IMG/VR virus record: IMGVR_UViG_3300042481_000164
Span: 56,767-120,766 of that record
Length of the DNA: 64,000 nucleotides
Strand: one strand, 5' to 3'
Source: a virus
Lineage: Duplodnaviria; Caudoviricetes
Under the pieces are notes generated by a model. That model was not told the DNA's origin, ran no database searches, and saw only the letters and a program-made list of their open reading frames with translations. The position numbers and the translations under genes are program-made. Positions 1 to 9,986 of the stretch are shown here, piece after piece. Numbering within the stretch: the stretch's first letter is position 1; every line of letters starts with the position of its first letter.

Positions 1-225
1 TACTAAATCACCCAATTCCTCAAACTCTGCTAAGTTTAATCTAATAATATCCATGTTAAGCTCTGCAGCTAATTGTTTTACTGATGAAGTTTTACCCAAA
101 CCTGCATCACCCTCAATATTAACAGCTACAGGTACTTTACCTAAGCTTTGAATGTGTTGGTTATTAACAACCATATACTTTACGAAATCTTTTAACTCAT
201 CTAGGTTTAATTGAACTTGGCTCAT
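1..225 (-). CDS. MoxR-like AAA+ ATPase, N-terminal part (runs off the window)
   Basis: Hand translation from ATG at 225: MSQVQLNLDELKDFVKYMVVNN...VAVNIEGDAGLGKTSSVKQLAAEL...LNLAEFEELGDLV. Walker A GDAGLGKT; adjacent to a vWA gene. Confidence 0.8.
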   Translation of the reverse strand, partial: MSQVQLNLDELKDFVKYMVVNNQHIQSLGKVPVAVNIEGDAGLGKTSSVKQLAAELNMDIIRLNLAEFEELGDLV

Positions 226-245
226 AACTTTTCTTTTTTAATTTT

Positions 246-1556
246 TTATAACTCTAACTTAATAACTTTGCCTGGTAATGCTGTGTTCAGATGTGATCTT
301 TCAGATAATACCCACAATACTTTGCCTTTTGGCTTTATACTAGTGTAACACTCACCATCAGTAAAATATATCAAACTTGTATACTTTCTGATGTTAGCAT
401 CATAATACTCTAGGACGGGATCAAATTCAGTCCCACCTCTACCTACAATGTTCAAATCATTCTTGCCTTTATAGGCTTCAATGCTTTTGATTTTGGTGTC
501 ACATTGTATGATAGTTATATCTACTCCAGTTTTATGAATGTGTTGAATCTCATTCATGAATTCTTTAAGCTCATCATTACTTACTGAACCTGAAGTGTCA
601 ATGGCCAACAAAATATGCTGACGCATTTTAATTTTTAGACCTGGAAAAGCCGGAAATCTTTTGTTTTCCTTTCTCTGAAGTTTCTTGGTAAATACTTTTG
701 TACTTGTACCAGTAAATCTTCTGACATAACCTTTCCAATCAAATTTTTGTTTTACAATTTGTTCTACTTTTATCAAATCTGACATCTCACCAGGAACAGT
801 ACCTCTTTTCTTTTCAGTCTGGTCTTTAGCTTCAGTAAGAATTCTTTGAATTTGGCGGTCCATAAGCTTTTGCTCTGTCTCACTAATATTATCAAATTCT
901 TCCCATGTATCATGTTCAGAGCCTGTACCCATTCCTTGTTCCATTTGGTCAAGTAATTGGTCAAGGGCTTCAGAACCTGAACTACCTGTTTGCTCTTTTT
1001 GCTCCTGTGCATCCTTCAGCTTCTTATAGTAGTATTTAGTACCTGCTTTTCTATCAAGGTTTAACTCATGATAATCATCAATAATTATACCTCTCATAGG
1101 TATTTTAGCTTCAATTTGTTTCAATTCTTCTTCCGTAGAACCAGAATCTTTGGCTTGTTTATATTCAGCCATTACAGTCTCTTTAAGAGCTGTATATTCA
1201 TCTGTGGTATATTCACCACCGGGTAACCATGTATCTTCTATATACTGGTTAATCTCCATGTCCATTGCAACATTGGCCATTCTCTTATCAGCATATCCGT
1301 GATAAGCTGTTAAGTGTCCAAAAGCAATATGTAACAATTCATGTTTCATGATACCCAACCTATGTTGGTCTGTAAGTGTATTGACCCAGAAATTTTCATT
1401 TATGGCCAATTGGTAGTTAATACCATTCTTGCTTACACCTGCTGTCGGAATATCATCTCTCCAATGCTTATTCAGCTGTATTAGAAAATAGCCATAATAT
1501 GGCTCTTTAAGCATAAGGTCCTTGATGGCCTTGCTTAGTAAATCTACTTTATTCAT
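246..1556 (-). CDS. HExxH metallopeptidase-like plus vWA domain protein (DUF2201-like), MoxR partner
   Basis: HELLH motif, MIDAS motif DTSGS, GRGGTEF, FTDGE. Confidence 0.85.
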   Translation of the reverse strand: MNKVDLLSKAIKDLMLKEPYYGYFLIQLNKHWRDDIPTAGVSKNGINYQLAINENFWVNTLTDQHRLGIMKHELLHIAFGHLTAYHGYADKRMANVAMDMEINQYIEDTWLPGGEYTTDEYTALKETVMAEYKQAKDSGSTEEELKQIEAKIPMRGIIIDDYHELNLDRKAGTKYYYKKLKDAQEQKEQTGSSGSEALDQLLDQMEQGMGTGSEHDTWEEFDNISETEQKLMDRQIQRILTEAKDQTEKKRGTVPGEMSDLIKVEQIVKQKFDWKGYVRRFTGTSTKVFTKKLQRKENKRFPAFPGLKIKMRQHILLAIDTSGSVSNDELKEFMNEIQHIHKTGVDITIIQCDTKIKSIEAYKGKNDLNIVGRGGTEFDPVLEYYDANIRKYTSLIYFTDGECYTSIKPKGKVLWVLSERSHLNTALPGKVIKLEL

Positions 1557-1562
1557 AAGCCC

Positions 1563-1967
1563 TTACTTTTTTACTATTTTCAGATCTCCTTTAAATTCAA
1601 AACCAAATTTTTCAAGTTTAGTTTTTACAGTTTCTACATACATTTCAAAATAAAAAATTATACACTCATTGTAATCAGGACAAACCTTAAAGTATTCTAT
1701 AACATTAAGTACTTTCTGTTTATCAGTAAAGCACATAGAAAAAGTATAACCTAATTCTATGTATAATACTTTATGAAATTTAGTTTTTTCCCAATAAGCT
1801 TCATTTTTACCAGAAAAGATAAAAACCATAAAAATCCAGAACATATTCTCTTCAATGTCTAAAGAGTCAATAATTGTATGTGCTAAATAAGAATTAGTTT
1901 CATCAGGAGAATTAATCATTGCAATCAGATTCTTACATTCTTCTTTTCCAAATTTTACTTTTTCCAT
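1563..1967 (-). CDS. hypothetical protein
   Basis: 134-aa ORF tightly packed in the operon. Confidence 0.6.
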   Translation of the reverse strand: MEKVKFGKEECKNLIAMINSPDETNSYLAHTIIDSLDIEENMFWIFMVFIFSGKNEAYWEKTKFHKVLYIELGYTFSMCFTDKQKVLNVIEYFKVCPDYNECIIFYFEMYVETVKTKLEKFGFEFKGDLKIVKK

Positions 1968-1979
1968 CAGTCTTTTTTT

Positions 1980-2072
1980 TTACATTTTACCAAATAGAGA
2001 CTTCTCTCTACATTTTCTTACATGCTTTTCAATAAAAGCTAAATACCTGTAAATGCGTCTAAGTGTTTTCAT
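1980..2072 (-). CDS. small hypothetical protein (30 aa)
   Basis: Hand translation MKTLRRIYRYLAFIEKHVRKCREKSLFGKM fills the gap between neighbours. Confidence 0.4.
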   Translation of the reverse strand: MKTLRRIYRYLAFIEKHVRKCREKSLFGKM

Positions 2073-2073
2073 A

Positions 2074-2457
2074 TTAATTTGCATATTTCCATTCAAAACC
2101 ACCTGTTGATTGCTGTAAACCTTGACAACATTTATTTATGTTGGTGTCAAATATTCCATTTGCTTTAGCTGCAAGTTTACTTGAATCATAACTACATATA
2201 TATTTTCCTTTGTAGTATTTATGAACTGGCTTTGCAAAAGTTAATCCCATTTGTGATACATCTCCTATTTTGTTAGGAATTCTAGATTTTTCTGAAAACT
2301 TTCTGAACTGTCTATTATTGGTACTAATAATTAATCCTGCTGTACATCTGGATATAGCACTTTTATAAATATCTAACTGTTTTTCTAATTCAGCAAATGT
2401 TTGTACATCAAACACTTCTAATAAATAACCTTCAAGGTCATACATTGCTATTTTCAT
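2074..2457 (-). CDS. NUMOD1-like tandem DNA-binding domain protein
   Basis: Two repeats (YDLEGYLLEVF...ISRC and KYYKGKYICSYDS...INKCCQG...TGGFEWKY) typical of homing-endonuclease NUMOD1 domains. Confidence 0.65.
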   Translation of the reverse strand: MKIAMYDLEGYLLEVFDVQTFAELEKQLDIYKSAISRCTAGLIISTNNRQFRKFSEKSRIPNKIGDVSQMGLTFAKPVHKYYKGKYICSYDSSKLAAKANGIFDTNINKCCQGLQQSTGGFEWKYAN

Positions 2458-2459
2458 AA

Positions 2460-2897
2460 CTATTTTATTTTATAAAATCTACCTAGAATATTCCCATTCA
2501 GAAACTCCTCTTTTTCAAGTACTTCATACACAAATTGATGTTTAGTTTCTTGATAAGTAAGTTCTCTAGCTGAAAAACATATTTTAAGTATTTCTCTTTT
2601 AATACTTACTCCTTGTTTATGTGCTTCTTTAAGAATCATATTACTGCTAAAATAGTTTCTAAAATTTGGTTGTATTACCATTTTATATTTCTTCAACCTT
2701 TTATCAGTACTGACCGCCAGAGCTTTCTTACCCAAGGATCTTTTGATATTTGCAAAGAAGTTTTTCTTTCCTATGTACATAAAAGACCTACCATCTATTA
2801 TAGCTGACATAATATAAACAAAACCTATTGCACCTTCAGGTATATGAGAGTCTTTAAACTCTTTACCTTCATAGATCCATTCTGCAGAATCTTTCAT
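2460..2897 (-). CDS. GIY-YIG-like (Seg-type) nuclease
   Basis: GFVYIM...YIGKKNF, YFSS, REIL, E...N motifs. Confidence 0.6.
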   Translation of the reverse strand: MKDSAEWIYEGKEFKDSHIPEGAIGFVYIMSAIIDGRSFMYIGKKNFFANIKRSLGKKALAVSTDKRLKKYKMVIQPNFRNYFSSNMILKEAHKQGVSIKREILKICFSARELTYQETKHQFVYEVLEKEEFLNGNILGRFYKIK

Positions 2898-3868
2898 AAT
2901 TTACTTTTTATTAGATTAAACACAATGTTTCTTGTTTCTTGAACACCTCTAGCTTTTACAGTGTCAGAGATATCCTTCTCAAAGGGTAGTATCAAGTAAT
3001 CAAAACCATATCTCTTCTGATATGCTTTAGAAGCTTCAATACCGGGCTCATCATTGTCAAAGAGTACTATGATCTTAGCATATTTATGCATATACTTTTT
3101 CATAATACCTTCTGCAATAACAGTGTTTTCACTATCCGGAGCAATAGCTTCAGCATTACCAATACCAAGAGTCTTAAAAGACATGATATCCTTCAGAGAT
3201 TTGGTAAGAATAAGATACTTACAATCAAAGTTAACCTGCTCAGAACCCTGAATATAATCAGAGACTTTGATAAATTTACTTTTCTTATTTTTAGGCTGAT
3301 ATATCTTATACAGAGTACCATCTTTTCTAAAATAACCATAAGTATATTGATTCTCAAATCTTAATTCCTTTACCTCACCAGCATTATCTGTTTTACTCAA
3401 GATGAAATACTGTAATGGTTGAACATTATATTCTTTTAGTAATCTAGAAGAAATTTTGTAACCCATCCAGAAATCCTGATCAAGATTATTCCAGTGTCTT
3501 ATTTCATAATCAGAAACTTCATATCTACTTTCAGCTACATATTCTCTTGGTGTAATGTCATGTCTAGAAACATATATGGAATAATCATCCATAATTTTTC
3601 TAACAGCAATACCTCTTGATTCAAGATTATGATAAATCATTACAAGCTCTATTGCATCACCAGATTTACCAGAAGAAAAATCCTTAAATCTATATTTACC
3701 CATCTTATCAGGATAAATACAAAATGATGGAGTATTCTCTTTAACAAATACTGATTTGATTTTAAGATCTTGTCCGGTTAATTTTTCTGTAAGATTTAAA
3801 TAGAACTCAAAGATCCATTCTGTAGGAACTTGATTCAAGTCAGAAATTAGTCCTTTAGTTGAAATCAT
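2894..3868 (-). CDS. DNA primase (TOPRIM)
   Basis: N-terminal ENTPSF...FKDFSSGKSGD and C-terminal FDNDEPG...KDISD; phage DnaG-like. Confidence 0.8.
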   Translation of the reverse strand: MISTKGLISDLNQVPTEWIFEFYLNLTEKLTGQDLKIKSVFVKENTPSFCIYPDKMGKYRFKDFSSGKSGDAIELVMIYHNLESRGIAVRKIMDDYSIYVSRHDITPREYVAESRYEVSDYEIRHWNNLDQDFWMGYKISSRLLKEYNVQPLQYFILSKTDNAGEVKELRFENQYTYGYFRKDGTLYKIYQPKNKKSKFIKVSDYIQGSEQVNFDCKYLILTKSLKDIMSFKTLGIGNAEAIAPDSENTVIAEGIMKKYMHKYAKIIVLFDNDEPGIEASKAYQKRYGFDYLILPFEKDISDTVKARGVQETRNIVFNLIKSKL

Positions 3869-3887
3869 AACTAAAAATTTTAGAATA

Positions 3888-3915
3888 AAAAAGGGAGCAC
3901 TGAGACTCCCTTTCT
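3888..3915 (-). terminator. intrinsic terminator
   Basis: Minus strand AAAGGGAG-tctcagtg-CTCCCTTT followed by a T run. Confidence 0.6.
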
Positions 3916-3931
3916 CAAAAGTTATTTACTT

Positions 3932-4615
3932 TTAATCTAAGCTGAAGTCTGCAGCATTTTTACTTGGAACAGAGAAATCATCATCTTGTCCTCCAAATTC
4001 TTTTTTCTCAGTTACTTCAAGCTTTTTAAGGTGTTTAGCCTCATTATACTCTAAGTTTTTACCTCCTTCAAGAGCAGCAAATGCATATTTGTTGTTCTCT
4101 GCTTTTGGTAAATACATATCATAGTTAGTGTAACCAGTTTTACCCATATACTCTTTACCACCTACACACCATTTAAGATATTTATCTTTGATAGGAGCAT
4201 TCTCACTGAAGTTTTTAACAAAGTCTTCAATTGTATCAAACTTGTTATCTTGAGAAATAAACCACTCATCAATCTCAAATGTATGAGCTAAGTTCTTCAA
4301 GAAGATCATGATAGATCTATCTCTTTGAATTTTAATTCCAGATTTAGTTTCACCATCAGCAAATGCATATTGGCTTGCCTTTACTCTACCAATTTGACCT
4401 GCATAGCGTCCTTTGCTTTCATCATCTTTGTCAATCATAAAACCTTCAAAGTCATCCATAGGAGGAGTTTCTACATTCAACATTAAGTGGTATGCACCTT
4501 CAATAAATGTAAAATCTTCTAATGTAACAGAGTTAATTTTTAAAACATGATTACCTGGTGTAATTGTTTTAGGCATCCCTGAGCCTGTTCCTAAATCAGT
4601 TGTACTTAAAGCCAT
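3932..4615 (-). CDS. putative ssDNA-binding/replication protein
   Basis: Lies between Sak4-like ATPase and primase; acidic C-tail DDDFSVPSKNAADFSLD. Confidence 0.45.
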   Translation of the reverse strand: MALSTTDLGTGSGMPKTITPGNHVLKINSVTLEDFTFIEGAYHLMLNVETPPMDDFEGFMIDKDDESKGRYAGQIGRVKASQYAFADGETKSGIKIQRDRSIMIFLKNLAHTFEIDEWFISQDNKFDTIEDFVKNFSENAPIKDKYLKWCVGGKEYMGKTGYTNYDMYLPKAENNKYAFAALEGGKNLEYNEAKHLKKLEVTEKKEFGGQDDDFSVPSKNAADFSLD

Positions 4616-4649
4616 CTTTTTTTTACTTTTTAATTGTTAAACTTACTTT

Positions 4650-5369
4650 TTAAATATATACTTCATCCCAAGACACTTTCAAAGGTCCTTCACTAGAATC
4701 AGCAATTACTATTTCTTTATTTCTCAAGTGATCTGGTCTTGCACCACAAGTTACTTCATCATTAGTCTTAAAATTTAATATAGTTTTAGAACCTTTTCTG
4801 TACATGTAACCAATCGCATCTGCATTAGCACAAACTAAAGATTTCAGTTTACCTGACAAATCTATATTTGCTGCCATTACCATCTCACCTTTATCATCAA
4901 CTTGCTTATCTTTAATGTGTCCAGAAAGGATCACATGATCAGCTAGTGTATCTACAAAATCAAGCACCTGGAAAAAAGCTTGGCGAATATACAAATAACC
5001 TGCACCATTTGGTAAAGTAGTAACATTATCACCATCATAATTTTTACCCATTGATGTGCTTTTGTATAATTTCACAGCAAGCGGGTGAATCATTTCTTCC
5101 AATGCTGTTACAGTATCTATTGTAATGTACTTGTAAGGTTTATTAGCTTCTCTAATAGCCTTACCAGTATCCAATAACTCTTGTAAACTATTAATTGGAA
5201 CTTTAAGTGCTTCAATAAAATCTGTACCTTGTTCTAAGTCTAAGATAAGATTACTTTCTAAACCCGCATAACAAGTAGTTTTACCTGTTTTAGGCTTTGA
5301 ATAGATAACCAATCTTTTAGGATTAGCTCTTTGAGCTTTTACCTTTGTAGTAGGAAGTACTATACTCAT
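4650..5369 (-). CDS. AAA_24 / Sak4-like ATPase
   Basis: Walker A YSKPKTGKTT, LDLEQG, Walker B ITIDT, GH, ADAIGY. Confidence 0.8.
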   Translation of the reverse strand: MSIVLPTTKVKAQRANPKRLVIYSKPKTGKTTCYAGLESNLILDLEQGTDFIEALKVPINSLQELLDTGKAIREANKPYKYITIDTVTALEEMIHPLAVKLYKSTSMGKNYDGDNVTTLPNGAGYLYIRQAFFQVLDFVDTLADHVILSGHIKDKQVDDKGEMVMAANIDLSGKLKSLVCANADAIGYMYRKGSKTILNFKTNDEVTCGARPDHLRNKEIVIADSSEGPLKVSWDEVYI

Positions 5370-6046
5370 TGTTTAGTAATTAATTCATTTAACCACTGTT
5401 TATTACTTACAGGTTTTTTCCACATAATTGCTGCATAATCTGCAATAGTCATTTCAGAATATAATATATCAGGAATAACATTTACAGGTTTAGGTATCAA
5501 AGCAACTTTTTCTTTTATACCTTCAGTAAAATCTGGAAAGTCATTGTTATCAACTAAAGAATTCTGAAGTCTAGGTAGATCCATATCAAAATCACTTTTC
5601 TTCTTTTCTTCAACCTCAGTAAGTCTTTTCTCAAACAAACTAAATGTTATTGCACTTCCGTCAGGATTAACAGCCATCATTTCTTGTAATGGTACAGTAA
5701 ATAATGAATAATCAGATCCTGTAGAAGATGTACCACTTTTCTTATCATACTCTTCAGAAAAGAAAGGGTTGTATCTGTACTTAAACAACTGTCTATGTTC
5801 ATAAAAAGGTTTTACATCCACAACAGTACCTGAAGCATCAGTTACATTGTCATACAGCTCAATATATAAATCTTCACCTTTACTTAGCTCAGACTCAAAA
5901 AATTGAACTTGTCTTCCATACTTACCTTTTTGGAAAAAAGCAGTTTTAATTAAGAATGCCGGATCTGGTAGACCAAGCCTCTTAAAGGTTTCTATGTGTT
6001 GCACATAGAATTCTTTTTCTCTTGTTTTTCTAATTGTAACACTCAT
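5366..6046 (-). CDS. hypothetical protein (replication cluster)
   Basis: 226-aa ORF with 4-nt overlaps to neighbours. Confidence 0.65.
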   Translation of the reverse strand: MSVTIRKTREKEFYVQHIETFKRLGLPDPAFLIKTAFFQKGKYGRQVQFFESELSKGEDLYIELYDNVTDASGTVVDVKPFYEHRQLFKYRYNPFFSEEYDKKSGTSSTGSDYSLFTVPLQEMMAVNPDGSAITFSLFEKRLTEVEEKKKSDFDMDLPRLQNSLVDNNDFPDFTEGIKEKVALIPKPVNVIPDILYSEMTIADYAAIMWKKPVSNKQWLNELITKQ

Positions 6047-7050
6047 GTTGTTGAAATTTTTGGTTTAGTTGCTGTTGGTGGAGTAGGAACTTCTACAATC
6101 CTCATTAAAGTTCTGTCAAGTCTAAAGAAGCTAATCCTAGTAGTACCATTCCTTGATTTAAGGAAGTGAAACACTAAGATATCTTCATCCGCAATAATAA
6201 ATTTTTCCGGACCATATAACCTTAACTTTCTTACAGAAGGTTTATTAATACCCATAACCACGTCAGCATGTTGTAATAAAGCATCAGACCCGTAAATATC
6301 AGAATCTAACACATAATTACCATAAGTACCTTCTTCTTGTCTCTTAATGTCATCTATGTTTCTGTTCAACTGACTCAAGACAATAAATGCTATAGGATAT
6401 TTCTTTTTCATCATAGTGAGAGCCTCACCTAAGCTTCCTAGCATTTCAAATTTGTCTTTCTGTCCCTTACCAACTTTAAATAAAGCTGAGTGATCTATAG
6501 CAACTAGCATGTTATTATAAGTACCGTCTTCAGTCTTATACTTTTCCATTTCATAGTGTATAGTAGCACACATCTCATCTACTGTACAAGCATCATAGAC
6601 AACATTAATTCTGTCTGTTGCTTGCATGTTTTGGTAAAATTTGACACACTCATCATAGATTCTTTTATCTACAAGTTTTCCGTCCTTACTCATTAATGTG
6701 TTGTAATCAGCACTTGTAATCAGACTCAGTTTTCTAACACCGCTGGTTTCATCAACCATCTCCATCTGAAACTTCAAAACTCTAAAATACTGGTCACTAT
6801 TGTTAGCAATTATATCGCTAATTAGCTGTTCCATAAATAAAGTTTTACCTGTTCCAGGTCTGGCACCAACCACGGTAATTGTTCTCCATTCAAGACCATC
6901 ACAGAAAGCATCATTAAATTTAGGCCAAGCACTCTTTAGGGATTTTAATGTACCCTGTCTCCTAGCTCTAATTTTATAGATAGCTTTTTCTACGGACTGC
7001 CTTTCACTAACAGGTAGTAAAGGTCTTGCTCCATTAAATAAATTTGACAT
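6043..7050 (-). CDS. DnaB-like replicative helicase
   Basis: GARPGTGKT, FQMEM, IDH, LSQLNR, SD..GS..L.Q.AD, KSRNG. Confidence 0.9.
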   Translation of the reverse strand: MSNLFNGARPLLPVSERQSVEKAIYKIRARRQGTLKSLKSAWPKFNDAFCDGLEWRTITVVGARPGTGKTLFMEQLISDIIANNSDQYFRVLKFQMEMVDETSGVRKLSLITSADYNTLMSKDGKLVDKRIYDECVKFYQNMQATDRINVVYDACTVDEMCATIHYEMEKYKTEDGTYNNMLVAIDHSALFKVGKGQKDKFEMLGSLGEALTMMKKKYPIAFIVLSQLNRNIDDIKRQEEGTYGNYVLDSDIYGSDALLQHADVVMGINKPSVRKLRLYGPEKFIIADEDILVFHFLKSRNGTTRISFFRLDRTLMRIVEVPTPPTATKPKISTT

Positions 7051-7070
7051 ATGTGGATTTTAAAAATTGA

Positions 7071-7664
7071 TCACACTATGTTGTCCCTGAAATAAGTAGG
7101 AACTTCATCTGCACCAGATGCTACTAGTTCACAGTATGTAGCCAAGTCTGACTCAAAAGATTTATCCAAATTTTGCTTACGGATAAAATACTGTGAATTT
7201 CTCATATACTCAAACCTTTTCAATTCATACTCAGATACATATTTTTCAGTTGCTTGTAATATTGTTTCCCAATCATAATCATAAGTCTCAAAAAACCATT
7301 TGAAAGGAGCCTCTAAGTTTTTAGCATTTACTCTGGCAGGTTTACCTGAGTTAAGTTTTCTATTTGGAAACACTTCTAAATATAAAGTTATGTTTTCCAT
7401 ATAGGAATCACCCATCAATGCACTTATAGTTTTCTTCTTGGTTTTCTTAAAGAAACTGTTGATTTCATCAATAAAGATAAGACTTTTTGCTGTTAAAACC
7501 AAATCTTTAGTAACCCAACCATTAGCTTGTAATCTACTGAGTTCTAGTTCTTTATTGATGAATTTGTTAGGTATTACTTTCTCTTTTAAGCAAAAGAGCA
7601 TGTAATATGTATTGGGCATTAATTCTGCAGTTATGAGTCTGTTGAATATCTCTTCCATTACCAA
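7071..7664 (-). CDS. hypothetical protein, possible replication initiator/helicase loader
   Basis: 197-aa ORF directly upstream of the helicase; function inferred from position only. Confidence 0.5.
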   Translation of the reverse strand: MVMEEIFNRLITAELMPNTYYMLFCLKEKVIPNKFINKELELSRLQANGWVTKDLVLTAKSLIFIDEINSFFKKTKKKTISALMGDSYMENITLYLEVFPNRKLNSGKPARVNAKNLEAPFKWFFETYDYDWETILQATEKYVSEYELKRFEYMRNSQYFIRKQNLDKSFESDLATYCELVASGADEVPTYFRDNIV

Positions 7665-8371
7665 TTAATTGAATAGTTATAGTTTTCTTTTACAATTTTT
7701 TGTGCTGTAGGAAATACATCTTTAGAGTCCCAACTTCTGAATTTGTTATAAACAGCAGATGCCGGATGAGCACAGAATAGCTTATAACAATTGTCATTTA
7801 CACTATCTGCCCAAGTACTTGCTTCTTTCCCCATGTAAATATACACCAATCCATTATTATAATTTGATAAGAAATCAAAAAGATAATTTAAGAATGGTTT
7901 CCATATATTATAATGCATACCAACTTTATTTATTTGAGTTGTCAGAGCTGTATTAAGCATAAGTATACCTTGATTTGCCCATCTAGTTAAATCCGGACTG
8001 TTGCTAATAGGTTCTCCATTATAAACAGTTCTGTTTACTTCAGATAACATAAACTTTAAACTTGGTTGTAACTTCATTGTTTTACTGCAGCTAAATGCAA
8101 TACCATCAGCTACATCAATAGTTGGATATGGATCTTGACCTACAATAACAACTTTAAGTTCTTCATAAGGACATTCTTTAAAAGCTCTAAATACATCTCT
8201 TAAAGGAGGAGTAAATCTTTTATCTAAAGAACTTTCTTGTGCAAGTGTTTGAAGTATGTTTTTGAAATCAGAACTATACATAAAAGATCTCAAAACTCTG
8301 GCCCATCCAGAAGGAATTAAATCCTCATATAATTTGTCTACAATTTTGTCTAATTCTAGTTTTTCTTTCAT
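7658..8371 (-). CDS. ung: uracil-DNA glycosylase, family 1
   Basis: KVVIVGQDPY, GIAFS, PSL, WANQGILMLNTALT, HPAS; ATG at 8371 follows a TACATTTG element. Confidence 0.92.
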   Translation of the reverse strand: MKEKLELDKIVDKLYEDLIPSGWARVLRSFMYSSDFKNILQTLAQESSLDKRFTPPLRDVFRAFKECPYEELKVVIVGQDPYPTIDVADGIAFSCSKTMKLQPSLKFMLSEVNRTVYNGEPISNSPDLTRWANQGILMLNTALTTQINKVGMHYNIWKPFLNYLFDFLSNYNNGLVYIYMGKEASTWADSVNDNCYKLFCAHPASAVYNKFRSWDSKDVFPTAQKIVKENYNYSINW

Positions 8372-8403
8372 AATTTTACAAATGTATTTTAAAAACAACC
8401 AAC

Positions 8404-8715
8404 ATGATTAAAGTAAAAGAACTTAAAGATGATGCTCTAGTAAATATAGTAGTTAATAAAACATACTACTTTATGGTTAAAAACCTGGCTTATTCATTAA
8501 CTCATCAACTGTTAAATGAGAATAAAGATCCTCAGTATATCAAAGACAGTTTTGAAAAACCTTATGATCAGATAAATGAAGCTCAAAGGAATCTACAAAC
8601 AATAGGTTTAATGATTGCTGAAATTGAAACACAAGCTGAAAAGCAAAACTTAACTGTTGAGAAAGAAATCTTGGAGCCAACGGATGAGGGATATGTTGCT
8701 CCTACTGAAGATTAA
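8404..8715 (+). CDS. hypothetical protein (only plus-strand gene in the left arm)
   Basis: 103-aa ORF with AAAACAACCAAC-ATG leader; does not substantially overlap other genes. Confidence 0.65.
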   Translation: MIKVKELKDDALVNIVVNKTYYFMVKNLAYSLTHQLLNENKDPQYIKDSFEKPYDQINEAQRNLQTIGLMIAEIETQAEKQNLTVEKEILEPTDEGYVAPTED

Positions 8716-9076
8716 CATTCAGTTCAACTCCTATTTCAATACAAGCTTCAATAGCTAACATTAACTGGTCTTTGGTACACTCTGCAAATGATTTGCAAAA
8801 CTCACCTTCTGAGTCTGTGTAGCAAAGACCAGATCTTTCTTTCACAATCTTCTTCATTTCTTCAAAAGTATAGCCAGATTCTTTGGCCAACTCTCTAATA
8901 CAAGCATGCACTTTATTAATTTGTGCTCTACTATGATCTGCATTAGCTAGATCAATATACATTTCTACTTCCTGACCTTCAGAAAGCTTTTGTACAAACA
9001 ATTCATAGGCTAACTTATCCTTTGGATGTGCATAAGTTAATTTACCTTCTTTCTTTACTAATTTGCCCGTGTACAT
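8702..9076 (-). CDS. NinB-like hypothetical protein
   Basis: SRAQINKVHACIRELAKESGYTFEEMK...SFAECTKDQL resembles NinB/YbcN. Confidence 0.45.
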   Translation of the reverse strand: MYTGKLVKKEGKLTYAHPKDKLAYELFVQKLSEGQEVEMYIDLANADHSRAQINKVHACIRELAKESGYTFEEMKKIVKERSGLCYTDSEGEFCKSFAECTKDQLMLAIEACIEIGVELNVNLQ

Positions 9077-9315
9077 ATTTTCATAGTTTCAAGAAAATTA
9101 AACAATTGACCTGCTTCTGTAATAAGTATGTTATCTATTTCAAAACAGTCTACAGTCCAGTTATCTCCATCAATCTCTACAGTAGCATCAGATACTAATG
9201 TAATACCATCTAATACATCAAGAAAATAGTAATAAAAGTCTTCTTCATTTCCACTTTCTTCTTTTGTAACAATTCTTTTAGTAAATCCTGCATTTATTAA
9301 TACTTGCTCTGTCAT
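9058..9315 (-). CDS. hypothetical protein
   Basis: ORF track; packed operon. Confidence 0.6.
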   Translation of the reverse strand: MTEQVLINAGFTKRIVTKEESGNEEDFYYYFLDVLDGITLVSDATVEIDGDNWTVDCFEIDNILITEAGQLFNFLETMKICTRAN

Positions 9316-9749
9316 AATTTGTGTTTCATTTTAAACATCATTAATTCCGGTGTTGCAATCTTAGATGCATAGTCTTCTTTAGAAATCTGGTTACCTAGTA
9401 AAATAGGATGATTATCTCTTCGGATCTTCCAAAACTGTTTTAAACTTAAAACAGCTATGTAAATATCATCTTCACTAGCTGAAAGCATTTCAAAAATTCT
9501 ATTATTTTCTTCTTGAGAAATTATTTCTAAGAACTGCAGTAAATTAAGCTCAAGCTTATATACAAACAACCATTCTTTCTTATTAAGAAAGTCATATCTT
9601 GGTCTTGTCATATTTACTTGATGCTTAAATAAAATATAATTTATATCAGAATTTAACCATTGAGATATACTAGTATGATCTCTAAGAAGATCTTTTGTTA
9701 AATAAAGTAATTCTTTAGCAACATCTTCTTTTATATCATTCGTGGCCAT
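9312..9749 (-). CDS. hypothetical protein
   Basis: ORF track; packed operon. Confidence 0.6.
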   Translation of the reverse strand: MATNDIKEDVAKELLYLTKDLLRDHTSISQWLNSDINYILFKHQVNMTRPRYDFLNKKEWLFVYKLELNLLQFLEIISQEENNRIFEMLSASEDDIYIAVLSLKQFWKIRRDNHPILLGNQISKEDYASKIATPELMMFKMKHKL

Positions 9750-9790
9750 ATATGATTAATATTAAAAATAAATGAATCCTTTCAATTACT

Positions 9791-9985
9791 TTACTGAACA
9801 ATTTTCTTATCATCAATAACTTGGTATATACAGTTTTCTACTATAAGATTCCATGTTGCTGTAGGGTCAGACTCTTCTTCATGGTTGTACATAGACAACA
9901 CCTGACCTATTTGCTGTTCAGTAAGATTCTTTTTAATACTGGATGCTACCAGCATTACATCTTGTCTTCCAATTGTGCTTATCAT
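9791..9985 (-). CDS. hypothetical protein
   Basis: Start reassigned to MISTIGRQ, 1 nt after the upstream stop. Confidence 0.55.
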   Translation of the reverse strand: MISTIGRQDVMLVASSIKKNLTEQQIGQVLSMYNHEEESDPTATWNLIVENCIYQVIDDKKIVQ

Positions 9986-9986
9986 C

